A DNA stretch of 63,856 bases, filler included, from Octopus bimaculoides (taxonomy: Eukaryota): NCBI RefSeq assembly GCF_001194135.2. It is 7 parts of 7 records of this genome, joined end to end, with 100 filler letters (N's around TTAATTAATTAA, not from the genome) between each part and the next. Parts side by side here need not be neighbours in the genome. Positions count along the whole stretch, not along the records: positions 23,536 to 31,233 come from NC_068982.1; positions 31,334 to 49,878 come from NC_068983.1; 5 more parts are not named here. One strand, given 5' to 3'. Position numbers and translations under genes: made by a program. The number at the start of each line of letters is the position of its first letter. The stretch's first letter is position 1. The notes under the pieces are model-generated. The model was not told where the DNA came from. It made no database searches and worked only from the letters and a program-made list of their open reading frames with translations. Shown here piece after piece: positions 25,465-36,282 of the stretch.

Positions 25465-25609
25465 TTGTTGTTGGCACTCCGTCGCCTACGACGTCGAGGG
25501 TTCCAGTTGATCCGATCAACGGAACAGCCTGTGACAAGGCTGGCCCTTTGAATTACAGGCACAACAGAAACAGGAAGTAAGAGTGAGAGAAAGTTGTGGT
25601 GAAAGAGTA
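25465..25609 (-). mobile_element. SINE family B, 3' part with ~90-bp internal deletion
   Basis: Reverse complement of the 3' part of 26641-27022, joined at cagcct|gtgacaagg. Confidence 0.9.
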
Positions 25610-25612
25610 GAG

Positions 25613-25790
25613 TGTTGGTTTGTTTACGTCTCCGTAACTTAGCAGTTCAGCAAAATAGTACGACAGAATGCGTGCCAGGCTTAAAAATATGTAATGGGCT
25701 CGATTTGTTCGATTAAATTCGTCGAGGTGGTGATTCAGTATGGCCGCAGTTCAAAGACTCAAACAAGCAAAGGATAAAAGATAAAAGACA
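25613..25790 (+). mobile_element. SINE family A, diverged 3' half
   Basis: gtttacgtctccgtaacttagcagttcagcaaaa...tggccgcagttcaaagactcaaacaag. Confidence 0.8.
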
Positions 25791-25839
25791 TTCTCAGACA
25801 TTCTACTCCACACAAAGTTCATTATCTTGTAAAGTGCTT

Positions 25840-26560
25840 CAGTCTTTCTCTACATTCAGGAATATCCCCCAGTCTCTGAAAGCACATAACAGCCTATCCC
25901 TGAGAATGACAACCTTTTTTTAACCCTATCTGCTTCCTTCGTATCGCTGTAATTACATTACTACAAAGATCTTAAAAATAGTCTTAAACAATCACAATTT
26001 TCAACTTCCCATTCTCTTTCGTCTATGATCTGACCATTAGTTATAGTTTCCTCAGACCCAAAATTGCGGAAACTTGTAATGCTACAAATCATTGGTCCCT
26101 TATTTTTGATAACTTTAACAAAATCATATGAAATCGTAGAAATTTCTTGCCTCTTGGACCATAAATTTCACGGTTAGGCCTCATCACTGAAGAGTGCAGT
26201 GAAAAGAATCTATTTGACCCACATTCTGTGAACGCTAGCTGTGAACGCTAGATTTGCTTTGTCGCCCGCTACCTCACCAACACACTTTGTAATTTACATA
26301 AACCACCTGTTCACTGACAATTCGAGCAACACGCACATCTATTTCGGATCATACAACATTTCGCTCTTCCTTAACCTTCCACGCATATGTATCTTCAACA
26401 TGCAATTAAAACACAGATGACGTTTACTGCTTCATTGACCAGAGATTTCAGACAAAATCACTACACACATCAATGAAGCAACTCCTTACGCACGAACACG
26501 ATACCTAATTACTCCGTTAATTGGAAATTTTCTGACAACATCTCACAACTTCATATAATA
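25840..26560 (+). mobile_element. Heavily decayed CR1/Jockey-like LINE, RT region
   Basis: LSPATSPTHFVIYINHLFTDNSSNTHIYF resembles the LSP-LF-I-INDL...YADD segment; upstream pieces resemble the P-WK-A---PIPK and YRPI blocks; many frameshifts. Confidence 0.45.
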
Positions 26561-26640
26561 TTCTCAAATTTGTTTTCAAAGACTGGGCTTTCTACATCAG
26601 AGGCCCTCTGACATTTTTTGCACCACGTACCGGTTTCATT

Positions 26641-27033
26641 GTGGAGGCGCAATGGCCCAGTGGTTAGGGCAGCGGACTCGCGGTCATAGGATAGCGGTTT
26701 CGATTTCCAGACCGGGCGTTGTGAGTGTTTATTGAGCGAAAAAACCTAAAGCTCCACGAGGCTCCGGCAGGAGATGGTGGCAAACCCTGCTGTACTCTTT
26801 CACCACAACTTTCTCTCACTCTTGCTTCCTGTTTCTGTTGTGCCTGTAATTCAAAGGGTTAGCCTTGACACACTATGTCACGCTGAATATCCCCGAGAAC
26901 TACGTTAACGGTACACGTGTCTGTGGTGTGCTCAGCCACTTGCACGTTAATTTCACGAGCAGGCTGTTCCGTTGATCGGATCAACTGGAACCCTCGACGT
27001 CGTAGGCGACGGAGTGCCAACAAAACAAAAAAT
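26641..27033 (+). mobile_element. SINE family B, full length, 9-bp TSD
   Basis: A box TGGCCCAGTGG, B box GTTTCGATTTCC; cggtttcat at 26631-26639 and 27034-27042. Confidence 0.95.
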
Positions 27034-27350
27034 CGGTTTCATGCAAGACAATTTTTCTATGGAGTGGGAATTTAGTTTTCTTATTATCGTTACAGTTAGC
27101 ATGTGGGCTTAATTTATTTGTGCACCCCAAAAATTTTTTTTAAATAAAATAAAATAAAATTAAAATATTAAAAAAAAAACTCTGCTTTACACACGTTGCA
27201 GGTAAGAGGCACAGACGGAAGCGGTAATTTTTCAAAGTAAAACATCCTGCAGACTGCAATAGTCAATAAAATAGGAAATAAAATTTTTTAAACTATTTTT
27301 TCTATGCGTNNNNNNNNNNNNNNNNNNNNNNNNNNNNNNNNNNNNNNNNN

Positions 27351-27935
27351 NACAACTCTATGCCGTTTTGCTGCCCGATGACTGCGGAACCAGTAAAAGG
27401 TTTTCGGTTTGTCGTGCAACCATTTATTCACCGCTTCCGTCATATTTTCATCCGTAGGAAATCGACGACCTCGTAAACCATCTTTGAGTGGTTCAAAGAT
27501 ACGGTAGTCGGAAGGGGCGCGATCTGGGCTGTAGGCAGCACCTCAAAACCCAATTGGTTAATAGTTTCAACGGTCTGGGCCGTGTGTGGGCATGCATTAT
27601 CTGGCAACAACAAAACTTTCTTCGACCATAGACTTCGACATCTGTTGTGAATTGCTAGCTTCAGTCTGTTGATCAGCAAAACATTGTATCTTGCACTGTT
27701 GATCGTACACTGTTGATCAGGTCTCTGCTCTATGTTCTTCTTTGGTGTACATTGCAAGTGGAGTGGCCATCCTTACATAGTAAAGCCAGAAAGAAAAATG
27801 GCGCGATTAGGCTCAAACTTCGCTTACGTGACCACTATAGTATTAACTATAAGCACGCATGCGCAGAAGGTTGTGTGACAATAATAAAGAAATGATATAG
27901 CGGAAGTGCGGATAATTTTTTTACTTCCCCTCGTA
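27351..27935 (-). mobile_element. Mariner, internally deleted
   Basis: TA-cgaggggaag terminus at 27935; reverse translation TINSARY..LLINRLKLAI...KKVLLLPDNACPHTAQTVETINQLGFEVL and a frameshifted YSPDLAPSDY motif. Confidence 0.9.
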
Positions 27936-27984
27936 CATAGCACCCAAAGAAATGATATTCAACTGATTAGCAAATTTTCAGTAG

Positions 27985-28275
27985 ACACCAACATGCCACG
28001 AGTACTGAAATCTATACATACTGTGTATTGCCGTTTCTTTTGCTGTCTATACCGCGAAGAACCATTGTAACGTTGAACGAGATATTTGCAAAGCATCTCT
28101 ATCTATACCCTACGACTTACCACCCTTTATGCTACCTCATTACATATACCTCACGAAATATTTCGCCCACTTTATCTCGGCAAACTTTCAACCTTCTGGA
28201 ATTCTTTCTCCACCGATATTTTACTTACTGACAGTGACTAACAAAAGTTCAAACTTAACATCTACCGAACATGGC
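27985..28275 (+). mobile_element. CR1-like LINE 3' ORF end
   Basis: TFWNSFSTDIL...QKFKLNI resembles the CR1 C-terminal LWNSLP...FK motif. Confidence 0.45.
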
Positions 28276-28388
28276 AGGCATTAGTTTGGAAGAAATTCTG
28301 GTAACTGTCCTTCCTCTGAATTTTATAGGCTTGGTTCGATCAAATCCTTGTGAATCCTGTCATGTATGTGTGTGTGTGTGTGTGTGTG

Positions 28389-28760
28389 TGGTTTTCAAAA
28401 ATAGAAATATTCACATTCGCGAGAAATGTTAATATTTCTAATTTTGAAAACCAATGGATGTATTCCACTGAATTTAGATAATAATCTTTCGAACAGACGG
28501 TCAGCAGCGACATATGCTGGGTTCAGCTACTCCACATTGATAAGAGGCAACTACCCCGAAACTAGTCTGTGGATGTCAAACCAACAAGGGGAAGCTGCTG
28601 ATCTCCCCTATTCGAAGGTTATAATGGACACAGGTTTGTGTGTCACATAGCTAGCTAGAGGCGATGGCCTCTTGGAGCTAATCAACGTAGGCATTCGTCC
28701 TATTTTCCTGGACTGCCATGTTAACTTGGCGATAACTATTAATATCCAGTACCGCTGTCG
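28389..28760 (+). mobile_element. 5'-truncated PLE 3' end/terminal repeat with 5' fold-back
   Basis: 29-bp hairpin at the start next to (TG)n; REMLIFLILKTNGCIPLNL resembles the PLE C-terminal RE--WI--L-T--P-GLN; HHR-like motif follows. Confidence 0.55.
28531..28573 (+). ncRNA. Type I hammerhead motif with palindromic stem III, degenerate core
   Basis: TCCACA-TTGATAA-GAGG-caacta-CCCC-GAAAC-TA-GTC-TGTGGA; stem I 6/6; ACTAGT palindrome; GUC site; core has C3U and G8A changes. Confidence 0.6.
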
Positions 28761-28804
28761 TAGTCTCCTTTAGAGAGATTTAGAAATGTTAATATATATA
28801 TATT

Positions 28805-28845
28805 GAAGTTTCGAAGTTTCAGACTACAACCCTTCGTCAGAGTTA
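28805..28845 (-). ncRNA. Hammerhead-like core remnant
   Basis: Reverse strand CTGACGA-A-GGGTTGTAGTCT-GAAAC; stem I not evident; 8-nt tandem duplication gaagtttc. Confidence 0.35.
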
Positions 28846-29641
28846 TAAAATTGAATAAACGTGTTCTACTTAAATGTATTGAGTAATACTTCAGTTTAAT
28901 GTTAAATTGTTTTTATGTATTACTTGACATACACACACACGTCCTTTTGACTTTTTATTTTCGATTTGCCTATACATACATACATACATATATAAAGAGA
29001 AAGAGAGAGAGTGACAGACAGACAGACAGACGGACAGGGAAGGACAGAGAAGAGGAAGAGGGGAGGAGAAATGTATATATGTATATATGTCCATTATATT
29101 CTTATTTTCTTCGTGCTCGATTTCAATTCACTTTTACCCTCACTTCTTTGTAGTTTCTTTACTTTCTTTCTTACTCTCTCTCCCCCTCGCTTCTCTCCCT
29201 CTCTCTCTCCCCCTCGCTTCTCTCTCTCACTCTCTCAACCTCTCTCTCATCTCGCCTCTACATTTCACTTGCCCAGATTCTCACTCTGTTTAAATGTACA
29301 GGCCGCACCAGTGGAAAGAGAGCAAAATAAGGATGACAAGATTAAAAGGAGGGCAACTTCAAGAAGCTAAGTGACGAAAGTCTTTCCGCACCGGAAGTGA
29401 AAGGAAGTACCGTAGTGACGCACATACATATTGAACCACTTCAATATGCGAGATGGAGTTTATAAGTCCTGATGTTTGTGTTACGTTTTGATTCACATAT
29501 ATATGTGAGAGTGTGTATGTGTATATGCACATGTAGTTATGTGTATGAGTGCGCTTCCGCATGCATGACATTGTAGTTCATGGTAAAAGAAATTTGTGAC
29601 AATTATTTTTATTAAATTCTTAGATTCATCAAATTTACATA

Positions 29642-29777
29642 GGCATGGCTGTGTGGTAAGACAGTAGAAGACACTTGCCCAAGGTCGGCCATAGGCAAGT
29701 GTTTTCTATAGCCTCTGGCCAACCAAAGACTTGTGAGTAGATTTGGTAGAGGAAATTGAAAGAAGCACGTCGTATGC

Positions 29778-29780
<3 letters not shown>
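29642..29780 (+). mobile_element. SINE family A 5' part with local inverted duplication
   Basis: Head start, then a 15-nt inverted copy of the downstream body in place of the B-box region. Confidence 0.8.
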
Positions 29781-29823
<43 letters not shown>

Positions 29824-31277
29824 AGATTAATTGATTAATGATTAATAATTCTACCAAGTAGTCAGTATATTAAAATAACCTTTTTAGATGAATTATACAA
29901 AATATTCTATAATTATATGCATAATTATAATCAGGGGTTAGCTAATTTCTTCGCCACGTACCGAAATTAGAAACGGATGCTAATGTCATTTTCAACTACC
30001 ATAAGTATCTCCGAGACAATAACACACTTTTTTATGTAATTAACCACGGCCTTGTTAATTCATCTTAATTTANNNNNNNNNNNNNNNNNNNNNNNNNNNN
30101 NNNNNNNNNNNNNNNNNNNNNNNNNNNNNNNNNNNNNNNNNNNNNNNNNNNNNNNNNNNNNNNNNNNNNNNNNNNNNNNNNNNNNNNNNNNNNNNNNNNN
30201 NNNNNNNNNNNNNNNNNNNNNNNNNNNNNNNNNNNNNNNNNNNNNNNNNNNNNNNNNNNNNNNNNNNNNNNNNNNNNNNNNNNNNNNNNNNNNNNNNNNN
30301 NNNNNNNNNNNNNNNNNNNNNNNNNNNNNNNNNNNNNNNNNNNNNNNNNNNNNNNNNNNNNNNNNNNNNNNNNNNNNNNNNNNNNNNNNNNNNNNNNNNN
30401 NNNNNNNNNNNNNNNNNNNNNNNNNNNNNNNNNNNNNNNNNNNNNNNNNNNNNNNNNNNNNNNNNNNNNNNNNNNNNNNNNNNNNNNNNNNNNNNNNNNN
30501 NNNNNNNNNNNNNNNNNNNNNNNNNNNNNNNNNNNNNNNNNNNNNNNNNNNNNNNNNNNNNNNNNNNNNNNNNNNNNNNNNNNNNNNNNNNNNNNNNNNN
30601 NNNNNNNNNNNNNNNNNNNNNNNNNNNNNNNNNNNNNNNNNNNNNNNNNNNNNNNNNNNNNNNNNNNNNNNNNNNNNNNNNNNNNNNNNNNNNNNNNNNN
30701 NNNNNNNNNNNNNNNNNNNNNNNNNNNNNNNNNNNNNNNNNNNNNNNNNNNNNNNNNNNNNNNNNNNNNNNNNNNNNNNNNNNNNNNNNNNNNNNNNNNN
30801 NNNNNNNNNNNNNNNNNNNNNNNNNNNNNNNNNNNNNNNNNNNNNNNNNNNNNNNNNNNNNNNNNNNNNNNNNNNNNNNNNNNNNNNNNNNNNNNNNNNN
30901 NNNNNNNNNNNNNGTGTGTGTGTGTGTGTGTGCGAGGTAGCGAGTTTGTCTAGGAACATATAACTGAAAGCGAGGTTGTTTATGTGAGTTTTTGTATGTT
31001 TGCGTTTGTCTACATTTTAACTTATGCACATCCGTATGTCCTATTCTTTCTGAATGTATATGTGTGTATATGTGTGTATATGTGCGTCTAATATGTACTG
31101 CAATTCAAAGTGAGTTGCGTGGGTGTCACAATCAAAAGGTCACTGTGTATTCGCGTAAATATTCACTTTTGAGTTTGTTTCCTTTCTGTTTATGAATGCG
31201 TGTTTTCTCAAACATTATACACCGAGATAAACANNNNNNNNNNNNNNNNNNNNNNNNNNNNNNNNNNNNNNNNNNNN

Positions 31278-31289
31278 TTAATTAATTAA
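31278..31289. other. Artificial gap spacer TTAATTAATTAA
   Basis: As at 23480. Confidence 0.9.
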
Positions 31290-31962
31290 NNNNNNNNNNN
31301 NNNNNNNNNNNNNNNNNNNNNNNNNNNNNNNNNGGAAAAGTGAATTTGACCCCGAGATTCGGCGTGGAAAATTACATCAATATACCAAATTTTAAAATGT
31401 TCATTAAACTTTAAAATTTCCACAGGTGCAGCCAAACAGAAAAGATCCTGGGAACATTCACCGCTAGGTTCATTGGATTGCGCAAAATTTGTGCAAGGTC
31501 TGTGTGTGCGTGTGTGTATGTGTGTCTGCATGTGTGTGTGTGTGTGTTGTGTGTGCGTGTGTGTGTGTGTGTGCGCGTGTGTGTGTGTGTGTGTGTGTCT
31601 GTGCGAGCGCGTGCGCAATTGTTTGCAGTAGCGACAAGCTTAGCTTACGTGTCCACAATTTATCTATTGAGAGAATTGTTGATAAGGGTGATGCAGTGAC
31701 TAAGAAATCATATGAAGGGACAAGAGAAGAAAAGACAGCGGTGGCAAAATATAAACAGTACTGTTAAGTATGTTGCTTACATGACCACTCATGCATATCA
31801 ACCAACTCACCAGAACTGTTTGGTCTACTGAAAAGCCGTCTCACTATCCGACACAGGTCTGACAAGGTTATCAAAACCTGTGTTTTCTCTGGCGTGGTGT
31901 GCTGCTATCTACAAATGTCAAGTACGCACGCATGCACACACACTCAGACACACACACACAAA

Positions 31963-32003
<41 letters not shown>

Positions 32004-32152
32004 ATAAACACACACACACATACGCATGCACTCTCAAATAATATGCATTTTCTCCTTCACTCCTTTTATTTTTTGGTGGCTTTTGAATCCATCACCGTTC
32101 ATTATCGAGCATTTTGTTTTTAAAGTTTCTTCTTCTTCTTCTTCTTCTTCTT

Positions 32153-32238
<86 letters not shown>

Positions 32239-32874
32239 NNNNNNNNNNNNNNNNNNNNNNNNNNNNNNNNNNNNNNNNNNNNNNNNNNNNNNNNNNNNNN
32301 NNNNNNNNNNNNNNNNNNNNNNNNNNNNNNNNNNNNNNNNNNNNNNNNNNNNNNNNNNNNNNNNNNNNNNNNNNNNNNNNNNNNNNNNNNNNNNNNNNNN
32401 NNNNNNNNNNNNNNNNNNNNNNNNNNNNNNNNNNNNNNNNNNNNNNNNNNNNNNNNNNNNNNNNNNNNNNNNNNNNNNNNNNNNNNNNNNNNNNNNNNNN
32501 NNNNNNNNNNNNNNNNNNNNNNNNNNNNNNNNNNNNNNNNNNNNNNNNNNNNNNNNNNNNNNNNNNNNNNNNNNNNNNNNNNNNNNNNNNNNNNNNNNNN
32601 NNNNNNNNNNNNNNNNNNNNNNNNNNNNNNNNNNNNNNNNNNNNNNNNNNNNNNNNNNNNNNNNNNNNNNNNNNNNNNNNNNNNNNNNNNNNNNNNNNNN
32701 NNNNNNNNNNNNNNNNNNNNNNNNNNNNNNNNNNNNNNNNNNNNNNNNNNNNNNNNNNNNNNNNNNNNTAGCGCCCACCCCTCTCTGTCTCTTATAGTGA
32801 GTCACTCACTTTTTGACAAGTCACCACCGGCGCGCGGTTAACTGTATAATACGTAAACAGAAATGTGTATATAA

Positions 32875-33098
32875 GGCTGGCAGAAACGTTAGCACGCCGG
32901 GCGAAATACTTAGCGGTATTTCGTCTGCCGCTACGTTCTGAGTTCAAATTCCGCCGAGGTTGACTTTGCCTTTCATCCTTACGGGGTCGATTAAACAAGT
33001 ACCAGTTACGCACTCGGGTCGATATAATCGACTTAATCCGTTTGTCTGTCCTTGTTTGTCCCCTCTGTGTGTAGTCCCTTGTGGGCAGTAAAGAAATA
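32875..33098 (+). mobile_element. SINE family D with perfect 16-bp TSD
   Basis: agaaatgtgtatataa at 32859-32874 and 33099-33114; B box GAGTTCAAATTCC. Confidence 0.95.
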
Positions 33099-33327
33099 AG
33101 AAATGTGTATATAAACAAATACGAGGAGGTACCCAAAAGTAACTGGAAACATTCTCGGTGGGACAAGCCCATCGTAGTTCAGGCCTCTGTCGCTAGAAGC
33201 CACTTGATGCGACCCTCAGGCATCAGTCTGCCGACCAGCGTCGTTGATAATGTCGTACTACGACGTGGTGTGTCTTTGCTTTTTGTGATGGCTGAAACGA
33301 AGAAACAGCGTGCTTGGCAGCCGAAAC

Positions 33328-34241
33328 GGATCTTGTTCAAAACGGGGGCACCAGTATTTTCTTAATGAAACACTTTGAAACTTGGGACACTGGTAGAATG
33401 TGTCATATAAAACATCTTTTTCTCTTAGTCTTCTTAACAAAAAAACGTACATCGCAAGTTATTTCATGTTAAAATTGTCGTATTTCTGTAATTTCAACCA
33501 ATGACTGACGTCCATTCAGCCGAATAACAGTAAGTGCTGACTAAGTAAACAAACGATTGTCAAACGATTTTGGCGGTGATAAAATTATTATTTCCTTGTC
33601 AAAAAATGGCTGAAGCATATTGGCAGTAGCTAATAAACCTTTCTATTATAGGCCTGGTTTTTGAGGGAAGGAGCAAGTCAATTAGGGTTAGGGTTAGGGT
33701 NNNNNNNNNNNNNNNNNNNNNNNNNNNNNNNNNNNNNNNNNNNNNNNNNNNNNNNNNNNNNNNNNNNNNNNNNNNNNNNNNNNNNNNNNNNNNNNNNNNN
33801 NNNNNNNNNNNNNNNNNNNNNNNNNNNNNNNNNNNNNNNNNNNNNNNNNNNNNNNNNNNNNNNNNNNNNNNNNNNNNNNNNNNNNNNNNNNNNNNNNNNN
33901 NNNNNNNNNNNNNNNNNNNNNNNNNNNNNNNNNNNNNNNNNNNNNNNNNNNNACACATGTGTGTTGCCTCTGCAAAATGTCAGAAGTAATGGAGATTAAA
34001 TACGCTTTACACCGCTTAAACTGCCAAAGGAGTAACTTGTAAACAGCTGAATACTTGTCAGTGATTGGTTGAAATTATCGAAATAAGACAATTTTTTACA
34101 TGAAATAAATTCGAATACAAAAATTTTTTTCTGTTCTATAACACAAAATAGATAAGTATACGAAGTTTGAAAGTCTTTCGGTACCAAAAACACTATATAA
34201 AACACAAATGAAAACTGGTGCCCCCGTTTTAAAATAGATCC
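33328..34241. mobile_element. Non-autonomous DNA transposon with GG...CC ends and 8-bp TSD (Merlin-like)
   Basis: 28-bp TIRs 33328-33355/34214-34241 (3 mismatches); TSD gccgaaac/gctgaaac; second internal inverted repeat 33459-33520/34046-34108. Confidence 0.8.
33682..33700 (+). repeat. Interstitial telomeric (TTAGGG)n running into a gap
   Basis: Three full TTAGGG units, then 252 N. Confidence 0.85.
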
Positions 34242-35074
34242 GCTGAAACAGTTGTCATACTTCAAACAGCTTACAAGGATGCTACCATGAGCAAAGCACA
34301 AGCTTACAGGTGGTTTTCACGCTTTATGAATGGTGTCTCGTCGCTTGAAGACCAACCTCGTTCAAGGCGACCGTCGACCTCCTGAACGAATGAAAACATC
34401 ACAAAAATTCATGATTTGATCTTGGAGAACTATCGCTGAACAATGAACGAACTTGTTGATATGACTGGTATGTCCTAGAGTTCCTGCCGATGAATTTTGA
34501 GCGAAGAATTTCGAATGAAAAGAGTTGCAGCAAAATGTGTGCCTCGCTTGCTCAAAGAAGATCAAAAGCAGTCACGACTGAACAGTTGGGAGTTGATCCG
34601 GACCTTTTTGCGAAGGTCATCACTGGTGACCAAAGCTGGTACTACGGAATTTTCAGATGTGGAAGAGGTGAAGAAAAAGAACGACGGATGCGTTAAAAGG
34701 CATCACTTCGTAAGAGTTTCAGGACTGCTTCGAACAGTGGAAAATGCGTCTCGAGAATAATTTGAAGGTGATAAGAGTGTAAACATGTAAAACTAAGTGA
34801 ATGAAATAATATTGCAAAATTCCGGTTTCTTTTGGGCACCTCCTCGATGAAACTATGTTATATTGGTGCGCTACGGTGGATTATTTAAGACTTGGTTCTT
34901 ATTTCTAGCAGCTAGATGCTCATTAAGCATCATTACGATATTTCATAGCTCCTTAAAGCTATCATAACTGCGTTCCACCAATGCTACTACTGGTGATATC
35001 AAATTTTGAATTTATCCACAGATGATATGAACAGTAGTGACATCTAACTTCAAATCTCAGTGTTTGAATATTTC

Positions 35075-35108
<34 letters not shown>

Positions 35109-35109
35109 T

Positions 35110-35492
35110 CTCGTGTAACTGTCATTGGATTGCGGCCATGCTGGGGGCACAGCCATTAAGGGCACAGATGAACACATCGACCCAGTACATTTTTTTAAAG
35201 TTTGGTATATATTCCATTTGCTTGTTTTGCTAAACCACTAGAATACATAAACGAACCGACACCGGTTATCCAGCAGTGCTGGGAGACAAATACCACACAA
35301 AGACACAAACATATGAATATATACACACACATAAATATATATATATGCGATGACCTTTCTTCATATGCGTCTACCAAATTCATTCACAAAGATTTCGTTG
35401 GCCCAGGGCTATAGTGGTGTCAAGCAGTGAGACTGACTTGGGACCATGTGATTGGACAGCATGCTTCTTACCACACACCCACTCCTTTGCCC
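35110..35492 (-). mobile_element. SINE family A, old diverged copy
   Basis: Same block order as 9541-9953 with many substitutions. Confidence 0.75.
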
Positions 35493-35925
35493 TTGTGTGT
35501 GTGCGCGCGCGCGTGTGTATTTAGTGTGTGCGTGCGTATGTGTACCGATATTTCGCCATCATAACGTACGGAAACCATACTGGGACGAACTGAATCGCTA
35601 ACTGATGATCGTATACAAATCGTGTAAGAATATGGAAATACTTCACACTTTCGATTAATGTACGTGATGTTGATTAGTCACAGAATTGGCGAAATATCGG
35701 CATCCATTACTTCTGGACAGAACTGGAGGCGGGTTGGGCGGGTTGTCTCACCTGTCTATAAATTTCATGCATTTTAACATCTAGTGCTACGAGGGAGTCG
35801 TCCCCATAGAGCTGTAGGGAACGAATTGGCAAACAAGCAAAGCACATACACTGAATATGTACGGTCGATAATGTTTACAACACTAGTTCTGCTTTTAATT
35901 CATAATTGAATATATNNNNNNNNNN

Positions 35926-36282
35926 GATCAAAAATCAAAAAAAGCAACACGGATTTTAAAGGTCATTGCAGTACGCACGTTTCATTGCAGAGAGGATGGG
36001 AGGAAATTAAAATTTTGAAAGCGTGATTTCTGGACAAAATCATATTAACTCCATCTTATATGATGAAACAATACATAGTTTGTGATCCTTCTTAAAAACA
36101 GAAAGCATTTTCATGCAAACTCATGCAAATTGTACACCCACTTTACTTTTAAACAAGTCATAACTTCCATTATGTCATTAACTATATATCAGTGGTGCCG
36201 ATTCTGCCCATAAGAAAGGAGCAAATAATACAAAGTACCTGTAGGTCATAAAACCCCGGGCAACGCCGGGTTGCATTACTAA
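35926..36282 (+). mobile_element. Probable non-autonomous Helitron 3' portion
   Basis: GC hairpin cccgggcaacgccggg (36255-36270) followed 8 nt later by CTAA then T, fitting the hairpin + CTRR 3' end; 5' extent uncertain (gap). Confidence 0.6.

Larger units (their letters stand above)
33122..34846 (+). mobile_element. Mariner, internally deleted, with nested insertion
   Basis: TIRs cgaggaggtacccaaaagtaactggaa and reverse of ttccggtttcttttgggcacctcctcg; MAETKKQRA, AETVVILQTAYKD, EDQPRSRRPSTS, MKRVAAKCVPRLL, KVITGDQSW. Confidence 0.9.

Noticed and set aside
35595-35640. Isolated CTGATGA heptamers (also at 14343 and 21836)
   Set aside because: No stem II closed by GAAA; expected by chance.
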